A stretch of DNA of 64,000 nucleotides from an uncultured Paraflavitalea sp. (GTDB lineage Bacteria; Bacteroidota; Bacteroidia; Chitinophagales; Chitinophagaceae), in NCBI GenBank assembly GCA_966211765.1, contig CBIHOV010000011.1, positions 109,444-173,443 of the forward strand, written 5' to 3'. The position numbers were made by a program, and so were the translations under genes. Below are positions 1 to 8,093 of the stretch, one piece after another (the stretch's first letter is position 1; the number at the start of each line of letters is the position of its first letter). The notes beneath the pieces are model-generated. The model made no database searches, was not told the origin of the DNA, and was given only the letters and a program-made list of their open reading frames with translations.

Positions 1-291
1 ATTCACCTGAATCACAACAAGCTCGACAACACAGTGAAAAACCTTAAATGGGCTTCACTGGAAGAAATGATCTCTCACCAACAAAACAGCCCGGCTAAGA
101 TCGCTTACAAAAAGGTGCAGGCCAACCGCACTGAAGGTCTTAAGCTCAATGCTAATCAGGTGAAGAGCATTAAAAAAGTCCTCACAGACAAGAACCGGAA
201 AATCACCATTAAAAAATTAGCGGAAAAATATGGCGTCAGCGAGATGACGATGTACCGCATTAAAAGTGGTGAGAATTGGGGCAGGATCTAA
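1..291 (+). CDS. HNH-family endonuclease, C-terminal part (5' end outside window)
   Basis: Frame 1 is open from nt 1. IHLNHNKLDNTVKNLKWAS resembles the His-Asn-Asn core of HNH_3-type (phage/homing-like) endonucleases. The tail ITIKKLAEKYGVSEMTMYRIKSG looks like a helix-turn-helix. Stop at 289-291, followed by a strong terminator. Confidence 0.55.
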   Translation: MHLNHNKLDNTVKNLKWASLEEMISHQQNSPAKIAYKKVQANRTEGLKLNANQVKSIKKVLTDKNRKITIKKLAEKYGVSEMTMYRIKSGENWGRI

Positions 292-314
292 ACCCCGTTA
301 CCGGAAAATCTAGT

Positions 315-368
315 ATAAGTGGTGTGTACAGATGTGAGCGAGCATCAACACACCACTTATCTTTTTTT
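315..368 (+). terminator. intrinsic terminator after the HNH gene
   Basis: Perfect 13-bp stem ATAAGTGGTGTGT (315-327) / ACACACCACTTAT (348-360) with a 20-nt loop, then CTTTTTTT (361-368). Confidence 0.8.
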
Positions 369-408
369 GCCCACTCAATACAGCTACATACCTTTAAAAT
401 AAAAAAGT

Positions 409-1077
409 ATGCTGCTGCCCGCAACGGTCAAATTTCTCAAAGACCTAAAGAAGAACAACGATAAATCCTGGTTCGACGCCCACCGTCCCCAATACGAAGC
501 CGCTAAAAAAAACTTCGAACAATTCATCCAGTCCGTCATTGATAAACACGGTAAACAGGATAGCTCCATTAAAGAACTGACCGCCAAAAGCTGTATGTTC
601 CGTATCAACCGCGACGTTCGCTTTTCAAAAGATAAAAGCCCCTACAAGACCAATTTCGGTGCAAGTATCAACCGGGGTGGCAAGAAGTCCATCTATGCCG
701 GCTATTATTTCCATTGTGAGCCCGGTGAAAGTTTTGTGGGCGGAGGTATCTGGATGCCCATGCCCCCGGAGGTAAAGAAAATACGCCAGGAAATAGATTA
801 CTGCTTTGATGAATTTAAAAAGATCCTGGCCAATAAGAAATTCCGGGACATATATGGAACCTTAGACCGGGGGGAGGAGTATTCGCTGGCCCGGGTACCC
901 CAGGGTTTTGAAAAAGACAATCCAGCTGCTGACTACCTCAAGCTCAAAAGCTGGCTGGCCATGGAAACACTCAAAGACAGCGACCTAACCTCAGATGGCC
1001 TGCTAAAGAAAACAGTAGCAGCCTTTGAAGCCCTGCAGCCCTTATTGACATTTCTCAACCGTGCATTGGATGAATAA
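409..1077 (+). CDS. DUF2461 (TIGR02453) family protein
   Basis: 222-aa ORF. The blocks FLKDLKKNNDKSWFDAHRPQYEAAKKNF and RINRDVRFSKDKSPYKT match the DUF2461 family as I remember it. Confidence 0.75.
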   Translation: MLLPATVKFLKDLKKNNDKSWFDAHRPQYEAAKKNFEQFIQSVIDKHGKQDSSIKELTAKSCMFRINRDVRFSKDKSPYKTNFGASINRGGKKSIYAGYYFHCEPGESFVGGGIWMPMPPEVKKIRQEIDYCFDEFKKILANKKFRDIYGTLDRGEEYSLARVPQGFEKDNPAADYLKLKSWLAMETLKDSDLTSDGLLKKTVAAFEALQPLLTFLNRALDE

Positions 1078-1087
1078 ACTCGTCGGA

Positions 1088-1112
1088 TGGGTCGCCTTTC
1101 CAGGGCGGCTCA
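1088..1112 (+). terminator. hairpin of the GGGTC...GCCCA terminator family
   Basis: TGGGTCGCC (1088-1096) / GGCGGCTCA (1104-1112) gives 9 bp including two G-U wobbles, with a 7-nt loop TTTCCAG. It sits 11 nt after the DUF2461 stop. Confidence 0.45.
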
Positions 1113-1134
1113 CCCGATGGTCATTATAAAAAAA

Positions 1135-1155
1135 GTCCCGCCTTTTGGGCGGGAC
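1135..1155. terminator. bidirectional terminator between convergent DUF2461 gene and asd
   Basis: GTCCCGCC-TTTTG-GGCGGGAC forms a perfect 8-bp GC-rich stem. It is preceded by an A7 run, which is the T-run for minus-strand asd. Confidence 0.75.
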
Positions 1156-1188
1156 CGGGAGTATGGCTATACGTTCCCTTTTGAAAAT

Positions 1189-2196
1189 CTATAACAGGTT
1201 CTTGGATACCAGGTACTCCGCGATCTGTACTGCATTTGTAGCAGCTCCCTTGCGCAGGTTATCACTTACTACCCAAAGATTCAGCGTATTGGGTTGTGTA
1301 TCATCACGGCGCAGGCGGCCTACAAATACTTCATCACGGTCGTGTGCATCTATCGGCATGGGATATTGTTGTGTAGCGGGTTCATCTACCACCACCACGC
1401 CCGGTGCATTGCTCAACAGGCTTCTCACATCTTCCAGCGTATAGTCATCCGTAAATTCAACATTCACACTCTCACTATGTCCGCCCATCACCGGAATACG
1501 CACTGTAGTGGCGGTAACCCGGATAGCGTCATCGCGCATGATCTTCTTTGTTTCATTTACCATCTTCATCTCTTCCTTGGTATAACCATTGTCGAGGAAT
1601 ACATCGATCTGTGGGATCACATTCAGGTCGATAGGATATTTATAAGCCATGGGATATTCTCCATTGCTGCCTTTTTCTGCCTTGGCGCGTTCTCCCATCA
1701 GTTGATCAACAGCTTTCTTGCCCGTACCTGTTACACTTTGGTAAGTAGACACCACAATACGCTTGATATTATATTTCTTGTGCAGCGGATTCAGGGCTAC
1801 CACCATTTGGATAGTAGAGCAATTGGGATTGGCGATGATCTTATCTTCTTTGCCCAGGGCATCTGCATTTACTTCCGGAACGATCAGTTTCTTAGTGGGA
1901 TCCATGCGCCAGGCGGAGGAATTATCAATTACAGTAATACCGGCTTCTGCAAACTTAGGGGCCCACTCCAGTGAAGTACTGCCACCTGCAGAAAAAATGG
2001 CCACAGCAGGTTTGGCTGCAATAGCATCCGTCATACTGATGATCTTGTATTGCTTACCCTTGTACTCAACTTCCTTTCCTACTGATCTTTCCGAAGCTAC
2101 CGGAAGGAGCTCTGTAACGGGGAAATTACGTTCAGCTAATACCTGTAACATTTTAGTGCCTACAAGGCCAGTGGCGCCTACTACTGCAACTTTCAT
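1189..2196 (-). CDS. asd: aspartate-semialdehyde dehydrogenase
   Basis: 335 aa. N-terminal NAD fold MKVAVVGATGLVG, active-site Cys context IANPNCSTIQ, and full-length similarity to Asd. Confidence 0.92.
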   Translation of the reverse strand: MKVAVVGATGLVGTKMLQVLAERNFPVTELLPVASERSVGKEVEYKGKQYKIISMTDAIAAKPAVAIFSAGGSTSLEWAPKFAEAGITVIDNSSAWRMDPTKKLIVPEVNADALGKEDKIIANPNCSTIQMVVALNPLHKKYNIKRIVVSTYQSVTGTGKKAVDQLMGERAKAEKGSNGEYPMAYKYPIDLNVIPQIDVFLDNGYTKEEMKMVNETKKIMRDDAIRVTATTVRIPVMGGHSESVNVEFTDDYTLEDVRSLLSNAPGVVVVDEPATQQYPMPIDAHDRDEVFVGRLRRDDTQPNTLNLWVVSDNLRKGAATNAVQIAEYLVSKNLL

Positions 2197-2265
2197 GGTT
2201 TGTTGATTGCTTGTTTATGGTTTAACAATAAAGTCCTTAATCCTTCCCGCCAGCATGTTGCAAAC

Positions 2266-2297
2266 AAAACGGCCTTCCTGGTGGGGAAGGCCGTTTT
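2266..2297 (-). terminator. orphan intrinsic terminator 69 nt upstream of the asd start (candidate attenuator)
   Basis: On the minus strand, AAAACGGCCUUCC-CCACCA-GGAAGGCCGUUUU forms a perfect 13-bp stem followed by GUUUG. No upstream minus-strand gene is available for it to terminate. Confidence 0.7.
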
Positions 2298-2323
2298 GAA
2301 TATCCTGTTATACAAAGCAGTAC

Positions 2324-2386
2324 TCAACCTTCCCAATGTCTGGAATGCTTCTTCGTGCGCTTTGTATGTTTCATTAATTTTTGCAT
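2324..2386 (-). promoter_or_regulatory. candidate leader peptide ORF (16-20 codons, Lys/Thr-rich)
   Basis: On the minus strand, ATG CAA AAA TTA ATG AAA CAT ACA AAG CGC ACG AAG AAG CAT TCC AGA CAT TGG GAA GGT TGA encodes MQKLMKHTKRTKKHSRHWEG. The last codons contain GGGAAGGUU, which is complementary to GGCCUUCCC of the terminator 5' arm. Confidence 0.3.
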
Positions 2387-2395
2387 AGCGAGCAG

Positions 2396-2403
2396 CAAAA
2401 GTA
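2396..2403 (-). promoter_or_regulatory. -7 promoter box (TAnnTTTG) for the asd leader
   Basis: The minus strand reads TACTTTTG, matching the Bacteroidetes sigma-A -7 consensus TAnnTTTG, 9 nt upstream of the first mini-ORF ATG. Confidence 0.35.
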
Positions 2404-2504
2404 GTCAGCAAATACAGAATCCACAAATTTTTATTAAAAATCCGTGAAAATATCTACTGCATCGCCCTGCCGCCATATCAGCAATAAACAACTAACAACC
2501 AGTA

Positions 2505-2566
2505 GTCGCCAACAAACAACCAGCCCACCCTTGTAGCCTCGATGCCTGCTTGCGTCTTTGCCTGTT
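2505..2566 (+). repeat. R2 element copy P1 (phased 8-nt GCCT array)
   Basis: The sequence is GTCGCCAACAAACAACC...TTGTAGCCTCGATGCCTGCTTGCGTCTTTGCCT. GCCT/GCGT words start at 2536, 2544, 2552 and 2560, an exact 8-nt phase. It aligns with the copies at 19586-19730 and 23068-23140. Confidence 0.6.
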
Positions 2567-2669
2567 CTCAAACAAATTATTTTATTATATAATGTTTGAT
2601 GCTTATTTTCATTCCTCCAAACGCGGTTCATCCTAACCGTCATGTCCTTTTGAAAAACAACAATAACCA

Positions 2670-4385
2670 ATGAAAGTAAAACTGCTTGCTGTATTACTGC
2701 TGGTGCCTTTTGCCATGCTGTATGCTCAATCACCCCGGCAATTTGATATTGTAATTACTGAACTGTTTCCCGATCCCTCACCTCCCATAGCCCTGCCCAA
2801 TTATGAATTTATAGAGTTGAAAAATGTTTCCGGCCATACCATCAACCTGAAAGGATGGAAGTTAAGCGATGGCACTGCTACCGCTACCATCCAGGCCAGT
2901 ATTGATATGCAGCCCGACAGCTTCGTGATCGTTTGTCCCAACTCCGCAGTACCCCTGTTTGCTGCTTTGGGCACAGCAATCGGCGTCAGTAATTTTCCGT
3001 CTTTGAACAATGATGCCGATATCATCACCCTGTATGCTCCCGAAGGCAGCACTATACATGCGGTAGCTTACACAGAGCAGTGGTACCGCAATCCCCTGAA
3101 AGCGACCGGTGGCTGGGCCCTCGAAATGATCGACCCCCGTAATCCCTGCACCGGTGCGGGCAATTGGAAAGCAGCTACTGATCCTCAGGGTGGCTCGCCC
3201 GGCAGGGAAAACTCCGTAGCCGGCATCAACCACGATGATATGCCGCCAGCCTTGTTAAGGACCTATGCCATCGACAGCATCACCCTGGTGGCCGTGTTTG
3301 ATGAGTCGCTGGACAGTGCCACCGCTGCGTCCCCCGATCGGTACACATTGAGCCATGCCCTGGGCCATCCCCTTGCTGCAGTACCCCTGGCGCCGCTCTT
3401 CAATGAAGTAATGCTAAAGCTGGCCACTCCCATCAGTACAAACGAAGTGTACCAGCTTACAATAAAAGAATTAACAGACTGCAGCGGCAATGCCATCGGT
3501 ATCATGAACAACGCCAAGGCTGGCTTGCCAGCGCCCCCCGGTGCCGAGGCCATCATTATTAATGAATTGTTATTTGATCCCCCACCCGGCGGATATGATT
3601 ATATAGAATTGTACAATCGCAGCAGTAAAGTGGCAGACCTTAAACAATTGTATGTGGCCAATCGTTCTGCAGCGGGTGTGCTCTCCGGCATGCAGCAGCT
3701 GTCGACCGTGTCGCGTTTGCTTTTTCCCGGTGAATACATTGTGGTAACAGAAGATGCCGGCTGGTTGCAACAGCAATACAACGTTAAAGAACCCGCTACC
3801 CTGATACAGCTTCCATCCCTGCCCTCCCTACCCGATGATAAAGGTACCCTGGTCCTTATTGACCTGCAGGGAGAGGCAATAGATGAATTGCAGTATGACA
3901 AAAAATGGCATTTTTCACTCATCAGTGATGAGGAGGGCGTTGCCCTGGAGAGAATAGATTATAGCAAACCGGCTCAGGATGGCCAAAACTGGCTGTCGGC
4001 GGCCTCTACAGCGGGGTTTGGTACTCCTGGTTACCGCAACTCCCAGTTCAGGGCCGATCTTCAGGCAAAGGGAATGATCACCCTTACGCCCACGCTGTTT
4101 TCACCTGATAATGATGGTTTTGATGACTTTGCTACCATTCAATACCAGATGACAGAGCCCGGTTATGTTACCAATATCACGTTCTTTGATGCCGCGGGAA
4201 GGCCTGTACGACACCTGGCAAGGAATGCTACCCTTGGCAGGGAAGGTGTTTTCAGATGGGATGGGCTGGATAATAATCGCCGCAGTCTGCCCGTGGGCAC
4301 CTATATCATGTTCGCAGAAATATTCAATACCCAGGGCAAAACAAAAAAGATCAGGAATACTGTAACATTAATACGCAGGTTATAA
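2670..4385 (+). CDS. lamin-tail-domain (LTD) protein, secreted
   Basis: 571 aa with a signal peptide. Two LTD-like blocks are present (IVITELFPDPSP..NYEFIELKN and IIINELLFDPPPGGYDYIELYN). The C-terminal FSPDNDGFDDF Ig-like block resembles FlgD/T9SS type-B-like tails. Confidence 0.7.
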   Translation: MKVKLLAVLLLVPFAMLYAQSPRQFDIVITELFPDPSPPIALPNYEFIELKNVSGHTINLKGWKLSDGTATATIQASIDMQPDSFVIVCPNSAVPLFAALGTAIGVSNFPSLNNDADIITLYAPEGSTIHAVAYTEQWYRNPLKATGGWALEMIDPRNPCTGAGNWKAATDPQGGSPGRENSVAGINHDDMPPALLRTYAIDSITLVAVFDESLDSATAASPDRYTLSHALGHPLAAVPLAPLFNEVMLKLATPISTNEVYQLTIKELTDCSGNAIGIMNNAKAGLPAPPGAEAIIINELLFDPPPGGYDYIELYNRSSKVADLKQLYVANRSAAGVLSGMQQLSTVSRLLFPGEYIVVTEDAGWLQQQYNVKEPATLIQLPSLPSLPDDKGTLVLIDLQGEAIDELQYDKKWHFSLISDEEGVALERIDYSKPAQDGQNWLSAASTAGFGTPGYRNSQFRADLQAKGMITLTPTLFSPDNDGFDDFATIQYQMTEPGYVTNITFFDAAGRPVRHLARNATLGREGVFRWDGLDNNRRSLPVGTYIMFAEIFNTQGKTKKIRNTVTLIRRL

Positions 4386-4415
4386 CTAATATTAAAAATT
4401 AAAACCATCTTCTAC

Positions 4416-4958
4416 ATGAAAAAGACACTCTTTTCCATTGCAACTGTATCAGTCCTTGCCTTATTTTCCTGTAAAGACAAAGCCAAAGAAGCAGCTGGTG
4501 ATACCACCACTACGCCTGCGGCAGAACAAAGCACACCAGCAGCCGATACCAAACCTGCTGCCAACGAGCCCAAAACCTATAAAGTGACCTTTGCCCCCGA
4601 TACTGCATTCCTGGGCAAGAAAAAAGAAGCATATGTGAAGATTAAGAATGCAAAGGCCGTTGCTTTGCAGGACCCCGACGGGAAGTCGGAAGGTATTGAG
4701 TTCACATTTGATATTGAAGTAACCAATAAAGCAGCGATGGGTGGTGACAATGTATATTTAGTATCCAGCGAATCCAGGCTTACCCTGGATAATGGCAACA
4801 ACATCACCCAGCAATCTGGTACCAGTGTAAATGTAGAGCCTGAATCCACTAAGGACCTTTCTTCTGTTGTGTTTAAAATACCCAGCGGAGCCAAACCTAC
4901 TTCACTTAACCTGTTTTATGATGGTACCCGCGTGAGTGTTGGAGTAACCCTGGAATAA
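4416..4958 (+). CDS. hypothetical lipoprotein
   Basis: 180 aa with a lipobox-like LALFSC and a Thr/Pro/Ala-rich linker. It lies 30 nt after the LTD gene, so co-transcription is likely. Confidence 0.55.
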   Translation: MKKTLFSIATVSVLALFSCKDKAKEAAGDTTTTPAAEQSTPAADTKPAANEPKTYKVTFAPDTAFLGKKKEAYVKIKNAKAVALQDPDGKSEGIEFTFDIEVTNKAAMGGDNVYLVSSESRLTLDNGNNITQQSGTSVNVEPESTKDLSSVVFKIPSGAKPTSLNLFYDGTRVSVGVTLE

Positions 4959-4976
4959 ACTTCGAAATGTATAAAT

Positions 4977-5013
4977 AAAAAGTGAGCCGCTTGTTTAAGG
5001 CGGCTCACTTTTT
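4977..5013. terminator. bidirectional terminator between convergent genes
   Basis: AAAAGTGAGCCGC-TTGTTTAAG-GCGGCTCACTTTT has a 10-bp GC core plus an A4/T4 extension. It is flanked symmetrically by ATAAATAAAA and TTTTATTTAT. Confidence 0.85.
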
Positions 5014-5037
5014 ATTTATAGGGGAAACCTAATCTTA

Positions 5038-5964
5038 TTAATGCGTAAGCTCTATATCAAAATTCACCAGGTTCACAAATTGCTGTATGCGTTCATCAAT
5101 ATCTGCCTGTGTAATTTCCTTCAATCTTTCCGGACCAAACTTCTCTACGCAGAATGATGCCATCGCCGAGCCAACAATAATAGCCGTTTTCATATTCTCA
5201 AAGGAAATATCACGTGTACGCGCAATATGGCCCATAAAGCCTCCGGCAAAAGTATCGCCGGCGCCTGTAGGATCAAACACTGCTTCCAATGGCAGTGCAG
5301 GCGCAAAGAACACCTGGTCTCCATGGAACAACAGCGCACCATGTTCCCCTTTCTTAATGATCAGGTATTTGGGTCCCATCTTCATGATCTCTTTGGCTGC
5401 TTTTACCAGCGAAAACTGGGCGCTTAACTGCCGGGCTTCACTGTCATTCACCATCAGTACATCTACCAGCTTCAGCGTCTCTTCCAGTTGAGGCATGGCT
5501 ATTTCCATCCAGAAATTCATGGTGTCCATTACGATCAGCTTGGGACGGGTCCTTAACTGCATGATCACTTTTTTCTGGATCACAGGGTCCAGGTTGCCCA
5601 GCATCAGGAACTCTGCTCCCTGGTATGATTCGGGCAGTACAGGGTCAAAATCAAGCAGCACATTGAGGTCGGTAACCAATGTATCCCGGGTATTCATGTC
5701 CATATGATACCGGCCACTCCAGAAGAAAGATTTCTTGTCAGGCACTACTTCCACACCTTCCAGTTCCACGCCTCTTTTCTTTAATTCGTCCATTTCTTCC
5801 TTCGGGAAATCGTAGCCTACGATAGACACCTGCTTAATGGGCTGCACAAAATTGCTGGCAGCATAAGCTACATAAGTGGCCGAACCACCTATGATCTGGT
5901 CTGTTTTGCCAAATGGCGTTTCAATAGCATCAAAGGCCATCGTACCTACAGAGATCAAAGACAT
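5038..5964 (-). CDS. PfkB-family carbohydrate kinase
   Basis: PfkB signature DPTGAGDTFAGGF. I prefer the ATG at 5964 (MSLISVGT...) over the track start at 6009. Confidence 0.85.
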   Translation of the reverse strand: MSLISVGTMAFDAIETPFGKTDQIIGGSATYVAYAASNFVQPIKQVSIVGYDFPKEEMDELKKRGVELEGVEVVPDKKSFFWSGRYHMDMNTRDTLVTDLNVLLDFDPVLPESYQGAEFLMLGNLDPVIQKKVIMQLRTRPKLIVMDTMNFWMEIAMPQLEETLKLVDVLMVNDSEARQLSAQFSLVKAAKEIMKMGPKYLIIKKGEHGALLFHGDQVFFAPALPLEAVFDPTGAGDTFAGGFMGHIARTRDISFENMKTAIIVGSAMASFCVEKFGPERLKEITQADIDERIQQFVNLVNFDIELTH

Positions 5965-6232
5965 AATGTAATTTGAAGTTTGGAATATTTTGTAATAATC
6001 AGCGCGCAAACCTACACGAAAATCCGGAGGCTAGGAAACCCATAGCTTATTTAATTGTTGCCATTACAAGCCAGTAGATGGTCCTGGTCATCCTTTTACC
6101 CCCGATTGGCACCCCTACATGAGCGCTCTTCCGGTCCACCCTTTTCAGGCTTCATAGGCCGGAAAATGAGCTGATCGGGATACTCGTTAGCCTTAATCTT
6201 TAACCATTTTATGGATAATTAGGATTTTTTCG

Positions 6233-6254
6233 CTAACGGGTGTTAGTACTTTTG
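6233..6254 (+). promoter_or_regulatory. candidate TetR operator plus -7 box
   Basis: The inverted repeat CTAAC-GGGT-GTTAG (6233-6246) abuts TACTTTTG (6247-6254, TAnnTTTG), 24 nt before the TetR ATG. Confidence 0.35.
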
Positions 6255-6277
6255 TTATCTTTGAGCATTACCCGCAT

Positions 6278-6868
6278 ATGGCAAAAATTAAAAGCAACAG
6301 GAACAGCACCCGCAAAGAAGTGATCATTGCCGAGGCAGCTAAATTGTTTCGTGAAAAAGGATTTAGCGCAACCTCTATGCGCGACCTGGCCGAACACGTT
6401 GGCGTAGAAGCAGCCAGCCTGTATAACCACATCAGTTCAAAAGCTGAAATATTACAGGAAATATGCTTTAAAGTAGCCAACCAGTTCATGTCGCATATCG
6501 AAGAAGTGGATAACAGCCAGCGGTCGGCCATCGCCAAAATTGAGGAGATCCTGCGCTTCCATATCCGCCAAATGGTGGAACATTACGAAGAGGTATATGT
6601 AAGCGACCGGGAATGGAAACACCTCACCGAGCCTTACATGCAAAATATGCAAAGCCAGCGCCGCGCATACCGCCAAAGAATTGCCCTCATCATTGAAGAG
6701 GGTATTCGTAAAGGAGAAATAAAACAGATCGATGCGCCTACTGCCGTATTGATCATGCTCCATGCAGTAAGTGGTATTGAATCCTGGCACCGCAGTACCA
6801 AAAAGATTGAAGGCAATGTATTAGAAGACAACATGGTCATGATCCTCGTAGAAGGATTGAAGAAATAA
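6278..6868 (+). CDS. TetR/AcrR-family transcriptional regulator
   Basis: 196 aa. The N-terminal HTH IIAEAAKLFREKGFSATSMRDLAEHVGVEAASLYNHISSK is typical of TetR_N. Confidence 0.88.
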   Translation: MAKIKSNRNSTRKEVIIAEAAKLFREKGFSATSMRDLAEHVGVEAASLYNHISSKAEILQEICFKVANQFMSHIEEVDNSQRSAIAKIEEILRFHIRQMVEHYEEVYVSDREWKHLTEPYMQNMQSQRRAYRQRIALIIEEGIRKGEIKQIDAPTAVLIMLHAVSGIESWHRSTKKIEGNVLEDNMVMILVEGLKK

Positions 6869-6905
6869 GCCAAACTGCTGATTGTATCCATTAAAATAAC
6901 TCCGA

Positions 6906-7997
6906 TTGGCTACCCATTTTCATACACTAACGATCGCTGCCGTACAAAAGGAAACTCCCGAATGCATTTCCATTGTCTTTCAGGTACCAGAAGCCCTGCA
7001 ACAGGTCTATCAATTTAAACAGGGACAGAATATTACCCTCAAAACCTTGCTTAATGGCGAGGAAATACGCCGCTCCTATTCCATTTGCAGCAGCCCTTTC
7101 GACAACGAATTGCGGGTGGCCATCAAATCGGTAGAAGCCGGCCGCTTTTCCTCCTGGGCCAATAGCCAACTAAAAAAAGGCGATAACGTAGAAGTGCTGC
7201 CACCCAGCGGCAGGTTCTTTACCGAATTAGCCCCTGTTCATAAAAAACAATACCTGGCTTTTGCCGCCGGTAGTGGCATTACACCCATCCTTTCCATCAT
7301 TAAGACCACCCTGACTGCTGAACCCCAAAGCCGGTTCACCCTCGTGTATGGCAATCGCAACCGCGCTTCCATTATTTTCAAGGAACAACTGGAAGCACTC
7401 AAAAACCGGTACATGGACCGTTTTACCCTCCACCATATCCTGAGCAGGGAAAAAACGGACGCAGCTGTGAACCATGGCCGTATTGACAAGGAAAAATGTA
7501 TACAACTCCAAAAGCTTATCAATATGACGGGCATGGATGAGGTCTTCATTTGCGGGCCTGAATCCATGATCTTTTCCGTAAAAGAGTGGCTGGAAGAAAA
7601 GGGGCTGGACAAAAAAAAGATCCACTTTGAATTGTTCACTACTCCTATAACCGGTCACCAGCAACAGACATCCGGTCAACTACAGGAAAAGACCACCCCG
7701 GCCGGGCGTCAAAAAATGAGTCAGGTAACTGTAAGGCTTGATGGTATTGCTTTTGATTTTGACCTGAAATATGATGGTCAGCCCATCCTCGATGCTGCCC
7801 TGCAGCAGGGGGCCGATCTTCCCTTTGCCTGCAAAGGCGGCGTGTGCGCCACCTGCCGCGCTAAACTGATGGAGGGCCAGGTGGAAATGGATATTAATTA
7901 TGCTTTGGAGCCCGAAGAAATAGAACAGGGCTTTATCCTTACCTGCCAATCCCACCCCCGCACAGAAAAAGTGGTCGTTGACTTTGATGCCCGCTGA
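6906..7997 (+). CDS. paaE: phenylacetyl-CoA epoxidase reductase subunit (FNR-like domain plus plant-type 2Fe-2S ferredoxin)
   Basis: 363 aa with a TTG start. The N-terminus FHTLTIAAVQKET...RRSYSICS parallels E. coli PaaE, and there is an NAD block AAGSGITP. The C-terminal CKGGVCATCRAKL...C supplies the 2Fe-2S ligands. Confidence 0.8.
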   Translation: MATHFHTLTIAAVQKETPECISIVFQVPEALQQVYQFKQGQNITLKTLLNGEEIRRSYSICSSPFDNELRVAIKSVEAGRFSSWANSQLKKGDNVEVLPPSGRFFTELAPVHKKQYLAFAAGSGITPILSIIKTTLTAEPQSRFTLVYGNRNRASIIFKEQLEALKNRYMDRFTLHHILSREKTDAAVNHGRIDKEKCIQLQKLINMTGMDEVFICGPESMIFSVKEWLEEKGLDKKKIHFELFTTPITGHQQQTSGQLQEKTTPAGRQKMSQVTVRLDGIAFDFDLKYDGQPILDAALQQGADLPFACKGGVCATCRAKLMEGQVEMDINYALEPEEIEQGFILTCQSHPRTEKVVVDFDAR

Positions 7998-8019
7998 TCA
8001 GGTTCACATTGTTTGCCTT

Positions 8020-8084
8020 GAATGGTGTGTCTCCTCCTTTTGTCATCCCGACCGCAGGGGAGGAATTTGCTATCGAAGCAAACG
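8020..8084 (+). repeat. R1 dispersed repeat, copy A
   Basis: The sequence is GAATGGTGTGTCTCCTCCTTTTGTCATCCCGACCGCAGGGGAGGAATTTGCTATCGAAGCAAACG. Internal pairing is TCCTCC (8032-8037) with GGAGGA (8059-8064). It begins 23 nt after the paaE stop. Confidence 0.7.
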
Positions 8085-8093
8085 TGTATTTTT

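Noticed and set aside
1294-2206. Plus-strand ORFs of 226 and 147 aa inside asd.
   Set aside because: They are antisense shadow ORFs of a clearly recognised gene. The same applies to the many antisense ORFs inside infB, the S8 peptidase, purF, susC and others.
2193-2426. A 77-aa minus-strand ORF whose TGA overlaps the asd ATG (ATGA), which could suggest a translationally coupled upstream gene.
   Set aside because: It has a TTG start, has no recognisable family and reads straight through the perfect 13-bp terminator hairpin (KTAFPTRKAVL is the palindrome translated). The leader/attenuator reading explains the same DNA better.
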